Assembly (NCBI GenBank): GCA_050246315.1
Contig: JBFWWG010000002.1
Span: forward strand, 64,001-128,000
Direction of reading: 5' to 3'
DNA: 64,000 bases
Source: Nitrospiraceae bacterium
GTDB lineage: Bacteria > Nitrospirota > Nitrospiria > Nitrospirales > Nitrospiraceae
The position numbers and the translations under genes were made by a program. The notes beneath the pieces were generated by a model, which was not told the DNA's origin, ran no database searches, and saw only the letters and a program-made list of their open reading frames with translations. Numbering within the stretch: position 1 is the first letter of the stretch; each line of letters begins with the position of its first letter. This document shows positions 20,586 to 30,321 of the stretch, piece by piece.

Positions 20586-21218
20586 ATGAGCCGATATGGA
20601 CATGTTCCTTCGGCGATACTCTCGCTTCCGAAGAGAGATGGGGAAGCCGTGCGTGAAGGAGGGTTCACCCTCTTTGAAATCATGCTGGTACTCGGCTTTC
20701 TTGGACTACTCCTCACGATTGTGATCCCGCGCATTGGTTTGCTGCAGGATGCCAGGACGGCTAGCCGCACGCTAATCGGACTGATTTATGCGTTGAAGGG
20801 CCACGCCGTTTCCTCGCAGCAAGTGTGGCGACTCCATCTGGATTTGGATCAGGGGCAGTACTGGGTCACGGCGATATTCGACGATGGAGAACGCATTCCA
20901 CTCGATCCGAGATACGAGAAGCGATTCGAACTGCCTGTCGGCGTCAAGTTCGAACGGGCGGTGACGGTGTTTCAAGGGAGGCGGGAAACCGGTATGGTCT
21001 ACCTTCAGATCTTTCCGAACGGATACCCGGAAGCGGCCATTATCTCCCTGCGTGATCAGGACGCCAATCGGAATCTGGTTGCGCTCCATGTCAACAATCT
21101 GACCGGCCAAATTCGCGTCAGCGATGTCGACGTGGATCTCGCCCCGCTCCCTCCTCTCCCCGAATACGTCCGTCCCCTGCTGTTCCCTGAGATCTACGGA
21201 GGCAACCTCAGCGTCTAG
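20586..21218 (+). CDS. gspH: Minor pseudopilin H
   Basis: G/FTLFEIM prepilin motif; position after gspG. Confidence 0.8.
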   Translation: MSRYGHVPSAILSLPKRDGEAVREGGFTLFEIMLVLGFLGLLLTIVIPRIGLLQDARTASRTLIGLIYALKGHAVSSQQVWRLHLDLDQGQYWVTAIFDDGERIPLDPRYEKRFELPVGVKFERAVTVFQGRRETGMVYLQIFPNGYPEAAIISLRDQDANRNLVALHVNNLTGQIRVSDVDVDLAPLPPLPEYVRPLLFPEIYGGNLSV

Positions 21219-21220
21219 CC

Positions 21221-21679
21221 ATGCACCACTTTGGCCCTCAGTCTAGCATCTTGTTTCGAAAATGGGACGATGCTCGCGGGTTCACCCTGATGGAAGTCAT
21301 GCTGGCCATGACGCTCTTGGCGATTGTCCTGCCGGTCTTGCTGGGCCTGCGCAATCGCGACCTGGACCTTCGGGAACGGGCGAGGGAAATCACCACCGCG
21401 ACCTTTTTGGCTCAGGAGAAACTATTGGAGACCGAGTTGCTGCCGGTTCTGCCGACAGGTGAACAGAGTGGAGATTTCAAGGACGCAGCGCCGGGGCTTT
21501 CCTTTCGCGGGACTAGCGAAGATCGGGCTCCTGGCTATCGCTGGAAACGCTCGATCATGCCCACGCCGTTGGAAAAGATCCAGGAGGTGCGTATCGAAGT
21601 GCTCTGGAATCATGGATTGAACGAAGAGTCCGTTGAGTTGAGTCACTATGTCTTTCAGACGAGCGGCGGATCGACCTAA
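21221..21679 (+). CDS. gspI: Minor pseudopilin I
   Basis: G/FTLMEVM prepilin motif; YRW...VRIEVLW. Confidence 0.8.
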   Translation: MHHFGPQSSILFRKWDDARGFTLMEVMLAMTLLAIVLPVLLGLRNRDLDLRERAREITTATFLAQEKLLETELLPVLPTGEQSGDFKDAAPGLSFRGTSEDRAPGYRWKRSIMPTPLEKIQEVRIEVLWNHGLNEESVELSHYVFQTSGGST

Positions 21680-22277
21680 GCACGACGAACACGGGTTCAC
21701 CCTGATTGAGGTGATCCTGGGCGTGGCTATCCTCGCGGTGGCAGCCGTCTTCATCCTCGGATCGTTGACGGCGACAACCGACGTGATCGAACGTGTCCGG
21801 GAGGATAGCGCGCAGGAGCAAATGGTTCGGAGTTGTCTGTCCCTGCTGACCCAGGATCTGATGTTGAGCCGCAACGCTATCACCCAGCCGTGGATTGGAC
21901 AAAACCTCATTGGCGAAGGCGGATACCCGGCGGATACCTTGGCCTTCGTGACCGGCAATCACCAGAGCCAACAGCGGGATCGGCCCGAGGCCGATGCGGC
22001 GCGAGTGGTCTATGCAAAGGTCGGCCGCAAGCTGGTTCGATTCGTTCGACCCAACATTTATACCCTGAGTGAAGAAGGAGTCAGGCAAACGGATGTGGCC
22101 GATCATGTGGCCGGGTTCAATATCCGATATTATGACAGACAGTCGCGTGTCTGGATTGAACAGTGGGACGGGCGGTCGCGCAAGACCTTGCCGCAGGGAT
22201 TTATGATTGAACTCACCTTACAACGCGAAGACGAGCCTCCGAGAACTTTTACGTCATGGCTAACGCTGCCGAGTTAG
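21648..22277 (+). CDS. gspJ: Minor pseudopilin J
   Basis: G/FTLIEVI prepilin motif; FNIRYYD...W...W...LP. Confidence 0.8.
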   Translation: MSFRRAADRPKHDEHGFTLIEVILGVAILAVAAVFILGSLTATTDVIERVREDSAQEQMVRSCLSLLTQDLMLSRNAITQPWIGQNLIGEGGYPADTLAFVTGNHQSQQRDRPEADAARVVYAKVGRKLVRFVRPNIYTLSEEGVRQTDVADHVAGFNIRYYDRQSRVWIEQWDGRSRKTLPQGFMIELTLQREDEPPRTFTSWLTLPS

Positions 22278-23167
22278 CGCTGGGACGAGATTCCGTCTGG
22301 TCCTCCTCGATCCGAACCATCCTGCTATGGTGCGCGGTGGGGCTGACGCTGCTGGCCCTGTTTTTCCTTCTGACGTTTCCATTCGAGGCCGTTCAGGCCC
22401 GTGTACTGGCGCAGGTCGAGCGCGGTACTGGGGCCAAGGTACAGGTCGAGCAGTGGAACGTGGGGTGGCCGCTTAGTCTGGTGTGGAAGGGTGTACAGAT
22501 TTCCGGACCAGACAAACAGGCCTTCCGGCTGGCCCGCATTGAGGCCGGTCTGTCGCTGGGCGATGCATGGCATGGTACCCCCGTCGTCGAGCTGTCTTTC
22601 TGGTTGGAGGACAAGGGGGAACCGGCCGCGTTGCAGACCCGAACGGTCTTTTCGGGATGGAATTTCCAGAGTGTCACGAGCGTCGAGGGAACCGCAGAAC
22701 GGATGGAGTTGGCCAAAGCGATCGGCCCTCCCGTACGAGGCGGTCGCCTGAAGGGGCGGTTCCATTTCTCCGGAGGCCGATCCGCAGCAACGGGGATGGT
22801 TGCCATTGGAGATGCTGAGCTGACCATCGACGCGACGGATGTCGCTGTGGAACCGATCACTGCTCAAGGAGGGCGGATGCCTGAGTGGGGTCTTGCGGTC
22901 GTTCACGGCAAGGCAACGTGCGCGGCCGGTATTTGCCGAATCGTTGAGCTGCGGGGAAATGGTCCGGACGGGTCGGTTGTCGCGAGCGGACAGATGACCC
23001 TTGCTCAATCATTGAATGAGACTCGTGTCGATCTGACGCTAACGATCACCTGTAGTCCGTCGCTGTCTCAACGAATGGCCGCAGTCGGAGGATTCCCTCT
23101 TCCTCCCGGTACGCCTGTCACCGTCCGGCTGGTCGGGCCGATTGTGCGCCCGCAACTCTCGCTCTGA
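22256..23167 (+). CDS. gspN: Type II secretion protein N-like
   Basis: N-terminal TM followed by TFP and a beta-rich periplasmic domain ending G...RP; position in the gsp operon. Confidence 0.65.
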   Translation: MANAAELALGRDSVWSSSIRTILLWCAVGLTLLALFFLLTFPFEAVQARVLAQVERGTGAKVQVEQWNVGWPLSLVWKGVQISGPDKQAFRLARIEAGLSLGDAWHGTPVVELSFWLEDKGEPAALQTRTVFSGWNFQSVTSVEGTAERMELAKAIGPPVRGGRLKGRFHFSGGRSAATGMVAIGDAELTIDATDVAVEPITAQGGRMPEWGLAVVHGKATCAAGICRIVELRGNGPDGSVVASGQMTLAQSLNETRVDLTLTITCSPSLSQRMAAVGGFPLPPGTPVTVRLVGPIVRPQLSL

Positions 23168-23175
23168 GCGGGCAA

Positions 23176-23512
23176 CTCACCCGCATGATTCACGATGACT
23201 TCTACTGCAACCGCCATGCGACCCGTTGCCGTCCAGGAGCACCGGATACGCCGGGGGGGCGAGCCAGGACAGTCGAAGGTGATTCTCCGGCGGCGACAAT
23301 GAAGAGGGGCTTCGCCCGACGAGCCGCCGGTTCACACGAAGTGTGGTATAGCGGGCAGGCTCGCCCCTCGCGGGGTCAACATACCGTTTCAAGTATGCTT
23401 CGCCGCCTCGGGGCTCCGTGCGGGGGTAGCCATTGCTCTTTTCCATGCAATGGGTCCGACGCTTGGCGTCTTGGCGGTTTCGTCACGAATTCTCGTGAAT
23501 AATGCGGGCTAA
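23176..23512. mobile_element. MITE-like element, copy 2, with a longer central module
   Basis: CTCACCCGCATGATTCACGA ... TCGTGAATAATGCGGGCTAA TIRs; right half closely matches copy 3 (GCAGGCTCGCCCCT...TTTCAAGTATGCTTCGCC...CCATGCAATGGGTCCGACGC). Confidence 0.8.
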
Positions 23513-23531
23513 GGAAAGGATTGTGTGACCT

Positions 23532-25097
23532 GTGAGTGAAAGCGTCGGACTTGATATCGGAACCTCGGCCATTAAGGCCGTACGCTTCCGGCGATCATTG
23601 GCGGGACAGGACGAGGTGGAGTACTTTTATCAGCCCCTGCCGTTCCTCCGGGCTGCCGAAGGAGACGCGGCCGAGCGGGCCAAGGTGATCCGCCGTTTCC
23701 TTGAGCGGCATCAACTGCACCGTGCGCCCATTGTGACGGCGCTTCCCTGCCGAACCCTGTCGTTGCGCCGGTTGGCCCTCCCCTTCACCGATCCAGAAAA
23801 GATGGCCCAGGTCGTGCCGTTCGAGATGGAGAATCTCATTCCTCTGTCCATCGAGGAGGTGGCGGTCGAAGGCCTGATGCTGACGCCCAAAGACGTCACC
23901 CCTGGAACCAGACCGCAGAGCGATGTCTTGGTAGCGGCCGCTCCCAAGAAAACGCTGACCGAGCATTTGGAATTTCTCAGCGCCGCTCGTGTGCATCCGG
24001 CCGCTGTCAACGTGGATGCTCTCGCGCTGTATTCGGTCGTCCAGTTGCTTCGCTCCGAGGGCGGCGCAGTACCGGAGAACCTGGCCGTCCTTGACGTGGG
24101 CGCCACGAAGACAACGATTTGCCTGATTCATCGAGACCGTCCCTGGCTTCTCCGCACGCTATCATGGGGAGGCAACCACCTGACCGAGGCCTTGGCGCAA
24201 CGCTACCAATGGTCGTTTGAGGAAGCGGAACGGCGGAAGCGGATGGCCACTGTTCAGCTCGGCGAAGAATGGATTGAACCGCTGCTCCGAGAAGCGAGGT
24301 TGGCTCTGCATGCGTTCGAATCTTCCACTCAAACCACCATTCAGCATCTGTGGGTGTCCGGCGGGGGCGCCAAATTGCGCCACTTTCCCGAGTACCTGGG
24401 GCAGAAGCTCGACCTGGACGTGGTCGGTCCCCGTGAAGGGTTTGGCCAGACGAGCCCCCGAGCCTTTTCCGTCGCCTTGGGCCTGGCGTTGCATCCCAAG
24501 GTGTTGGGCCGTCGCTGGCGAGCCAAATCCAAGGGCGTGGCGCTCGGCTACGACCTCAAGCGGCAATTGCAGGAAGGACAGAGGGTCCGCAGCCAGGAGA
24601 TCAAACAAGATACGATCTGGGCAACGATCGGATTGGCCTGCCTGATCGCCTTAGGGATCGGTGACGCCTGGACACATGTGTCTCTGAAACGTGACCAAGT
24701 CCGCCAGGACCGGGCGGCACTACAGGCCTTCTACCAGAGATCGATCGGCGGCGACGCACTTCCCGGAGAAGAAGTGGAACAGGCGCGCAACCAGATGACG
24801 TCGATGTCCAAACGGATTGAGCTCTTGGAGTCCCAGCGGACCTCGGTCATCCCCACACTGGCCACGCTGGTACGCCGGTTGCCCCCGACCGGGGCCGTGA
24901 GAGTGCGGGGGCTCTTAATGGAAGGAGTCGGAGTGCAGCTCGAAGCGGAAACGGATTCCTTCGACTCCGTCGAACGTATCAAGAAGTCCCTGCAGCAGGA
25001 TGCCGGTTTTCAGGAGGTCACGGTGAGCGATGCGCGGGTCGGGGCTGCACCGAACCAGGTAATCTTCAGGCTCACCTTCACGGCGGAGGCGCGCTAA
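23532..25097 (+). CDS. gspL: Type II secretion protein L (PilM-like actin fold fused to PilN-like domain)
   Basis: VGLDIGTSAIK, LDVGATKT, GGNHLT, SGGGA; TM followed by a periplasmic ferredoxin-like domain. Confidence 0.85.
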   Translation: MSESVGLDIGTSAIKAVRFRRSLAGQDEVEYFYQPLPFLRAAEGDAAERAKVIRRFLERHQLHRAPIVTALPCRTLSLRRLALPFTDPEKMAQVVPFEMENLIPLSIEEVAVEGLMLTPKDVTPGTRPQSDVLVAAAPKKTLTEHLEFLSAARVHPAAVNVDALALYSVVQLLRSEGGAVPENLAVLDVGATKTTICLIHRDRPWLLRTLSWGGNHLTEALAQRYQWSFEEAERRKRMATVQLGEEWIEPLLREARLALHAFESSTQTTIQHLWVSGGGAKLRHFPEYLGQKLDLDVVGPREGFGQTSPRAFSVALGLALHPKVLGRRWRAKSKGVALGYDLKRQLQEGQRVRSQEIKQDTIWATIGLACLIALGIGDAWTHVSLKRDQVRQDRAALQAFYQRSIGGDALPGEEVEQARNQMTSMSKRIELLESQRTSVIPTLATLVRRLPPTGAVRVRGLLMEGVGVQLEAETDSFDSVERIKKSLQQDAGFQEVTVSDARVGAAPNQVIFRLTFTAEAR

Positions 25098-25645
25098 TGG
25101 ACGCTCTGCGCCAACGGTGGGGTCAACTTTCGACGCGTGAACGGTGGCTGGTCGGTGCCGGCATGGGCGTGCTGGCGTTGGGGTTGTTGTTCGCCTTGGT
25201 ATTGGACCCGCTTCTGGACGAGGCCGCCGCACTCGATCGTCAACATAACAAGAAGCGACGCCACTACGAAGAACTCGTAGGGATCGCAGAGCAACATCGG
25301 GAGTTGCGCGAACGATTAGCCTCGATCGAGCAACGGCTGGCGCAAAGCAGCGGATCGTTTTCGCTGCTCGCCTTTCTGGAAGAGACAGCCGTGACCACTG
25401 GCATTCGCGACCTGATCGTCGGCATGCAACCTCAGCCGGCGGTCGAGGTGGCCGGGTATCAGGAAAATGCCGTGGAGATGCGGCTCGACGGCCTACAACT
25501 GCCGCAGCTCCTGGCCCTGGTCGGTGCGATCGACGGGGCGCCGGCCCTGGTGGAAGTCAAGCGCCTCCAGGTCGTTCCTCGGTACGACAGTCCCCACCTC
25601 CTTCAAGTGACGATCAGGATCTCCTCCTATGAAAAGGTCGGATGA
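25097..25645 (+). CDS. gspM: Type II secretion protein M
   Basis: W.QLSTRER followed by TM, coiled coil and a ferredoxin-like domain; follows gspL. Confidence 0.85.
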   Translation: MDALRQRWGQLSTRERWLVGAGMGVLALGLLFALVLDPLLDEAAALDRQHNKKRRHYEELVGIAEQHRELRERLASIEQRLAQSSGSFSLLAFLEETAVTTGIRDLIVGMQPQPAVEVAGYQENAVEMRLDGLQLPQLLALVGAIDGAPALVEVKRLQVVPRYDSPHLLQVTIRISSYEKVG

Positions 25646-26576
25646 GCGGGGCATTGCGCTGCTCCTTGCGTTACTCGTGCTCACGCTGCTGGTTGCGATT
25701 ATTCTCGATTTTGATGCGGAAGCGCGACGAGAGTTTCGCGATGCGACCGTGTTCCGAGACGGCCTGAAGGCCACCACGATCGCGCGGGCGGGCATCCAAG
25801 CGGCGCGGGCCGTATTGCGACAGGATAGCCTCCTGGAAGCGAGAACCAAGCTCCATTACGACGGGCGGGGCGACCTCTGGATGATGCCGTTGACGAATTT
25901 TCCGCTCGGGGACGGCATTATCAATGCGGTGATCGAAGACGAGCGCGGGAAGTTGAATCTCAACCTTCTCGGTGGCATCAATGATCCTCTTGCCAAGCGA
26001 TCCGCCGTGCTCCGCTTCAAACGGTTGTTCGGGTTGGTTCAAGTCGATCCCCGCATGGTAGACGCCATTGTTGATTGGATCGATGCAGACGAAGTGCCTG
26101 AGGCCGATGGCGCGGAATCCTCCTACTATCAGACCTTGCGCCCGCCTTATCGAGCCGCTAATGAACCGCTGCAAAGTCTCGAAGAACTGCGTTTGGTTAG
26201 AGGCGTCACGCAGGACATGATCGACAAGTTGGCCCCGTACGTGACGGTATTTCCCTCGCAAACAGACGGTCGTATCAATCTGAACACCGCCCATCTGCTG
26301 GTCTTGCAGGCGCTGGATCTCCGCATCAGCGCCGCCATCGCCGGCGAGATCATCCAGGGGCGTCCCTACAAGACGATGCAGGACCTCGATCGCGTCTCCG
26401 GTTTTGAGCCCATCGCTAAGGAACTGCGATTGACACAAGCCTACGATATCAAGAGTCAGTTCTTCTCCATCCGTGGAACGGTGCGGGTCAATGAGGCTGT
26501 GAAATCCGTCCTGGGGGTCGTGAAACGGGATGAAGCCAAGGGGGACACCACGCTCCTCTTTGTGCAGATCCGGTAG
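25629..26576 (+). CDS. gspK: Minor pseudopilin K
   Basis: RG/IALLLAL, DERGKLNLN, IVDWIDAD, GAES.YY, INLNTA. Confidence 0.92.
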   Translation: MKRSDERGIALLLALLVLTLLVAIILDFDAEARREFRDATVFRDGLKATTIARAGIQAARAVLRQDSLLEARTKLHYDGRGDLWMMPLTNFPLGDGIINAVIEDERGKLNLNLLGGINDPLAKRSAVLRFKRLFGLVQVDPRMVDAIVDWIDADEVPEADGAESSYYQTLRPPYRAANEPLQSLEELRLVRGVTQDMIDKLAPYVTVFPSQTDGRINLNTAHLLVLQALDLRISAAIAGEIIQGRPYKTMQDLDRVSGFEPIAKELRLTQAYDIKSQFFSIRGTVRVNEAVKSVLGVVKRDEAKGDTTLLFVQIR

Positions 26577-26846
26577 AATGTGAACCTGGATATTCACCGG
26601 TGAAAACAGCTACATCTCTTCCTCTCGCTGGTGGGTTTCGGGACAGATCGACCGTTGGAAGAGCGCAGGATCTCTCGTCTTTCTTCCTCACCCATCGAGC
26701 GATTCAATAGCCAGGAACAGAGTTTTCCTCTGTCGCAAGATCGGGACGATCGCCGGTCTTCTCCCGCAAAAGATGTGCTGAGAGCCCCTTGCGACCTGAA
26801 AGAATAGTCTGGTAGGGTTGCTTCTACGGTCGCGCAAGGAGACTCC

Positions 26847-27104
26847 ATGAACCCGGCAGACACCCTCATGCTCGATGCGAAACAGGCCATCCTCGATGAG
26901 GCTCACCGCCGGTTCCAGGTGCTTCAAGAAGAAGGCCGGAGCGAAGAAGCCATGCAACAGTTTCAAGTGACACTCAGTTGTGCTTCTGATCTCCTGAACG
27001 AATCCCTGCAGATCCTGGAACGGGTCCTGGCCGAGCAGCAGCATGTCGATCAGCCGCCGTCCGATTCGCCTCGCAATGAACCCCGACCTCAATCCCTGTC
27101 GTAG
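26847..27104 (+). CDS. Small helical hypothetical protein
   Basis: AGGAGA RBS before ATG; coding-like composition. Confidence 0.65.
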   Translation: MNPADTLMLDAKQAILDEAHRRFQVLQEEGRSEEAMQQFQVTLSCASDLLNESLQILERVLAEQQHVDQPPSDSPRNEPRPQSLS

Positions 27105-27236
27105 TTTCTCGAGTCTTGCGCAGAAACACTTGTCGAGAATCCGGCTCTGCCGTAAGCCGTTGCAATTGTCATTGAAAGGTCAGCGCCCCGGCATTGCAGG
27201 GGCGTATCACCGCGGACAATCAGCACCCGGATTGCC

Positions 27237-27265
27237 TTGACAGCTTGGAGAGCGGCTGATATAGG
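27237..27265 (+). promoter_or_regulatory. Putative sigma70 promoter of tRNA-Thr
   Basis: TTGACA-17 bp-TATAGG. Confidence 0.55.
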
Positions 27266-27301
27266 AACACGCAAACGGCAGCTATGGCTGAAAGGTCAGG
27301 C

Positions 27302-27377
27302 GCTGGCGTAGCTCAATCGGCAGAGCAGCGGTTTTGTAAACCGCCGGTTGGAGGTTCGATTCCTCTCGCCAGCTCCA
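27302..27377 (+). tRNA. tRNA-Thr(TGT)
   Basis: Cloverleaf GCTGGCG...CGCCAGC, anticodon arm GCGGT-TTTGTAA-ACCGC, GGTTCGATTCC T arm, encoded CCA. Confidence 0.97.
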
Positions 27378-27512
27378 TACCACACTCCGTGTGAGCCGCC
27401 GGCTCTTCAACGCCTTACCGTAATCGACGCCGGCGGATAAATCCCTCCGGTAGATGCGACTTCGATTGCCTGACCCGACCCGGAGCCTTTACGATTGTTC
27501 CAGGCGACGGGA
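27377..27512. repeat. Second repeat family downstream of tRNA-Thr, homologous (inverted) to the core of MITE copy 2
   Basis: ATACCACACTCCGTGTGAGCCGCCGGCTC matches the reverse complement of 23321-23349, with weaker similarity continuing to GGCGACGGG; a further partial copy CACACTTCGTGTGAGCC lies at 27544. Confidence 0.6.
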
Positions 27513-28084
27513 TAAACACCTCAAGCGAACCCTTACTGCAATCCACACTTCGTGTGAGCCACCTCTTCGTTGCGATGATGGCGCCTATCCAGCGGACAAT
27601 GAATATGGCTTGATAAAAGTATGAATAATACCTTTGGCCAACATCGTTGAAGAGGCGCACAAATCCCTATTCAAGAAGGAGTACCTTTACTACCACCCTG
27701 CTACCGGAAGCGGCCAAACGACGCCGATCCATCGTGACGATGGCTTCTCAAAATCCTCGATGTGTTGAGACGACAAATCTTGCTGGATCAGGTCAGGTGG
27801 GTATCTTCTGGACCTATCAACCGCTGTTCGCTAACTCTATAACCTCAGATCGCGGGCCTGTGGTGATGGACGAAACCAAACACCTCATTCACATCGACAA
27901 TCGCGCCATCTCTCTCCGTATCGCACCTCTCTTGCGCGCGGCACGGCCGTCAAGCCGAATGGACGGTACCTAACAGGGCAGACGACGCCGCTGGCCTTGT
28001 TCCTAACGGAGGCCAAACTATTCAGGAATTGTCTGGAAGGGACTGTCGATCACACTGGGATCGTAACCGACCACGGTTGGTCGG

Positions 28085-29509
28085 TTACGACTGGATAATT
28101 TCTTCTCCGGCCTCGAACTCTTCCGCCACTTCTTCCACTTCGCCGTCGATCCGACCTTTGGTTGTGGACGGATGCAAGCCGTACTTTCTGAGCATCTTGT
28201 AAAAATCCGCCCGATACCGACCGGCGAATTGGGCGGCGCGGGAAATATTCCCGTTGGTGAGTTGCAACACACTTTTCAGATAGTTCCGCTCGAAGTCCTC
28301 TTTTGCTTCGGTCAATGGCTTGAGGGGGGCCTCCGTCACCGCCGTAATGGATGGCAAGAGGTCCGGTGTGATCAGATCCTGGCGAGACATGATCACGGCC
28401 TTTTCGATCGCATTTTCCAACTCGCGAACGTTTCCAGGCCAATGGTACATGCCGAGTTTCTGCATGGCGGAGGGGGTGAATCCGGTCACGTTCTTGTTGG
28501 TTCGGCCGATTGATTGCTTGAGAAAATGATGAGCCATCACGGGAATGTCATCCCTCCGTTCACGAAGCGGCGGAATGGTCAGGGGAACCACTTGTACGCG
28601 ATAATACAAGTCGCTGCGGAATGTGCCCGACTTCACGGCCTCGCCCAAGTCCCGATTGGTTGCTACGATGATGCGCACATCGACCTTGGTGGTATGGTCC
28701 GCGCCGACTTCCTTGACTTCCCTGTCTTGCACGGCGCGCAGGAGCTTGACCTGCATGGAGAGGGGCATCTCCCCGATCTCGTCGAGAAACAGGGTTCCGC
28801 CGTTGGCACTTTGAAAGAGTCCCTTCTTCGCCGCATGGGCGTTGGTGAACGCGCCTTTGACGTGTCCGAACAGCTCGCTCTCGAATAGGGTTTCCGGAAT
28901 CGCGGCACAGTTCAAGGCGATGAACGGCCCCTGGGCACGGCGGCTGTTGGCGTGAACCACTCGGGCCACGACTTCTTTTCCCGTTCCGGTTTCTCCCAGT
29001 AGACAAATCGTCGCATCAGTATCGGCCACCTGGGCGATTTGCTGGAAAAGCCGCTGCATCTGCGGGCTCCGTGCCACGACATTCTCCATTCCGTACAGTT
29101 CCTTGACCAGGAGTTTGAGCCGCTGAATCTCTCGACTCATCCGCGGTTGCGAGAGCGCCTTTTCAAGGTTGGCCTTCAACTCCTTGTCGTCAAACGGCTT
29201 GGTGAGATAGCCCGTGGCGCCCCGTTGCATGGCCTCCACCGCGTTCGGAATGCTGCCGTGTGCGGTGTGAATGATGACCGGCAGTCCCGGATGAATCCGG
29301 AGCAACTCTTCCGTCACCATCAGCCCGTCCTCACCTTTCAAGCGCAGGTCGGTGATGGCCAAGTCGAACTCGCCCTTTCTGGCTTCAGCAAAGGCTTCCT
29401 GGCCTGTCGTGCAGGTGGTGACGGCGAAGCCCATGGACGTCAACCGCATCTTCAAGAGATGCAGCAGCCCTTCGTCGTCGTCGATTACGAGAATCTTCTC
29501 TTTGTCCAT
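28085..29509 (-). CDS. Sigma54-dependent response regulator (NtrC family, GlrR/QseF-like)
   Basis: Receiver domain, GETGTGKE, GAFTNA, FLDEIG, WPGNVREL, Fis-type HTH. Confidence 0.92.
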   Translation of the reverse strand: MDKEKILVIDDDEGLLHLLKMRLTSMGFAVTTCTTGQEAFAEARKGEFDLAITDLRLKGEDGLMVTEELLRIHPGLPVIIHTAHGSIPNAVEAMQRGATGYLTKPFDDKELKANLEKALSQPRMSREIQRLKLLVKELYGMENVVARSPQMQRLFQQIAQVADTDATICLLGETGTGKEVVARVVHANSRRAQGPFIALNCAAIPETLFESELFGHVKGAFTNAHAAKKGLFQSANGGTLFLDEIGEMPLSMQVKLLRAVQDREVKEVGADHTTKVDVRIIVATNRDLGEAVKSGTFRSDLYYRVQVVPLTIPPLRERRDDIPVMAHHFLKQSIGRTNKNVTGFTPSAMQKLGMYHWPGNVRELENAIEKAVIMSRQDLITPDLLPSITAVTEAPLKPLTEAKEDFERNYLKSVLQLTNGNISRAAQFAGRYRADFYKMLRKYGLHPSTTKGRIDGEVEEVAEEFEAGEEIIQS

Positions 29510-29520
29510 GGCATACCTCG

Positions 29521-30321
29521 TTAGGGTTTGGGCTCACCTTCGAGCGGGAGCGGAGCGGGCGGTGCCGGAGGCCTCGCCGGTCTGGCCTTTTCTCTCATCT
29601 CCTGGTCGATCCGCTTGAGTGCCTCGAGTTGATTCGTCAGCTCCTCGATTTTTTTATCCCGCTGCTCAAGCTGGGACTGCAACACCTGCACCATGGCAGG
29701 ATCCGATCCAGGACGTGCCGACTCCTTCCTTCCGGCAAGCTCCTCGATCTTCTTCTGCCGTTCGGAGAGTTCCCGTTGCAGCGTCTCAACAGTGCTGAGA
29801 TCGGATTCTTTGGAAGAGGCGATCTGTTGGAGTTCTTCCTGTCTAACAAGCAATTCTCGGGCCAGGGACTCCACCGTTTGGGTTAGAAGTTCCCTTTCAC
29901 GAGCGATGGCCTGGGCGTTCCAATGGGCTGATACCCATGAATCTCCATTTTGCGCAGTGGGCCCAGTCCGCAATAGTTGTACCCAGGCCTGGCTGGCCTG
30001 CGACAGCTTTCCCTTTGGCGATATGCTGACAACCTTTTGAAAATGCGCGATTGCGCTATCACGATGCTCAAAGAGCGCTGTGAGACCTCTGTTAAAATAG
30101 GCCTGGTCGCAGGTGTTGGTCGTCTGGCACTTTGCAATGAGTCCATCCTGTCGTCGGACTAGCGATTGAAACCCCCGTTGATCAAATCCATCGAGCCTAA
30201 ACACGGGGGAGGAGCCTGGTTGAGGTGTATGGATTGTACTACAGGCAGCCATCAGAAAACACCATCCAACAATCTGCAGGCAATGGGACATGACCCGGCC
30301 GAGCCAACAGGTGGATCTCAT
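29521..30321 (-). CDS. Coiled-coil lipoprotein (QseG/YfhG-like by position)
   Basis: Lipobox LMAAC, TPR-like segment, long coiled coil ending LEALKRID; lies between kinase and regulator. Confidence 0.7.
   Translation of the reverse strand: MRSTCWLGRVMSHCLQIVGWCFLMAACSTIHTPQPGSSPVFRLDGFDQRGFQSLVRRQDGLIAKCQTTNTCDQAYFNRGLTALFEHRDSAIAHFQKVVSISPKGKLSQASQAWVQLLRTGPTAQNGDSWVSAHWNAQAIARERELLTQTVESLARELLVRQEELQQIASSKESDLSTVETLQRELSERQKKIEELAGRKESARPGSDPAMVQVLQSQLEQRDKKIEELTNQLEALKRIDQEMREKARPARPPAPPAPLPLEGEPKP

Noticed and set aside
23177..23502. Similar short ORFs at 16440, 23185 and 32287 (e.g. QHTVSSMLR) as a peptide family
   Set aside because: The similarity comes from the MITE DNA and the ORFs are not frame-consistent across copies.
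27378..28080. Genomic island or prophage integrated at tRNA-Thr
   Set aside because: No integrase and no duplicated tRNA 3' end were seen; only short repeats and ORF-poor sequence.
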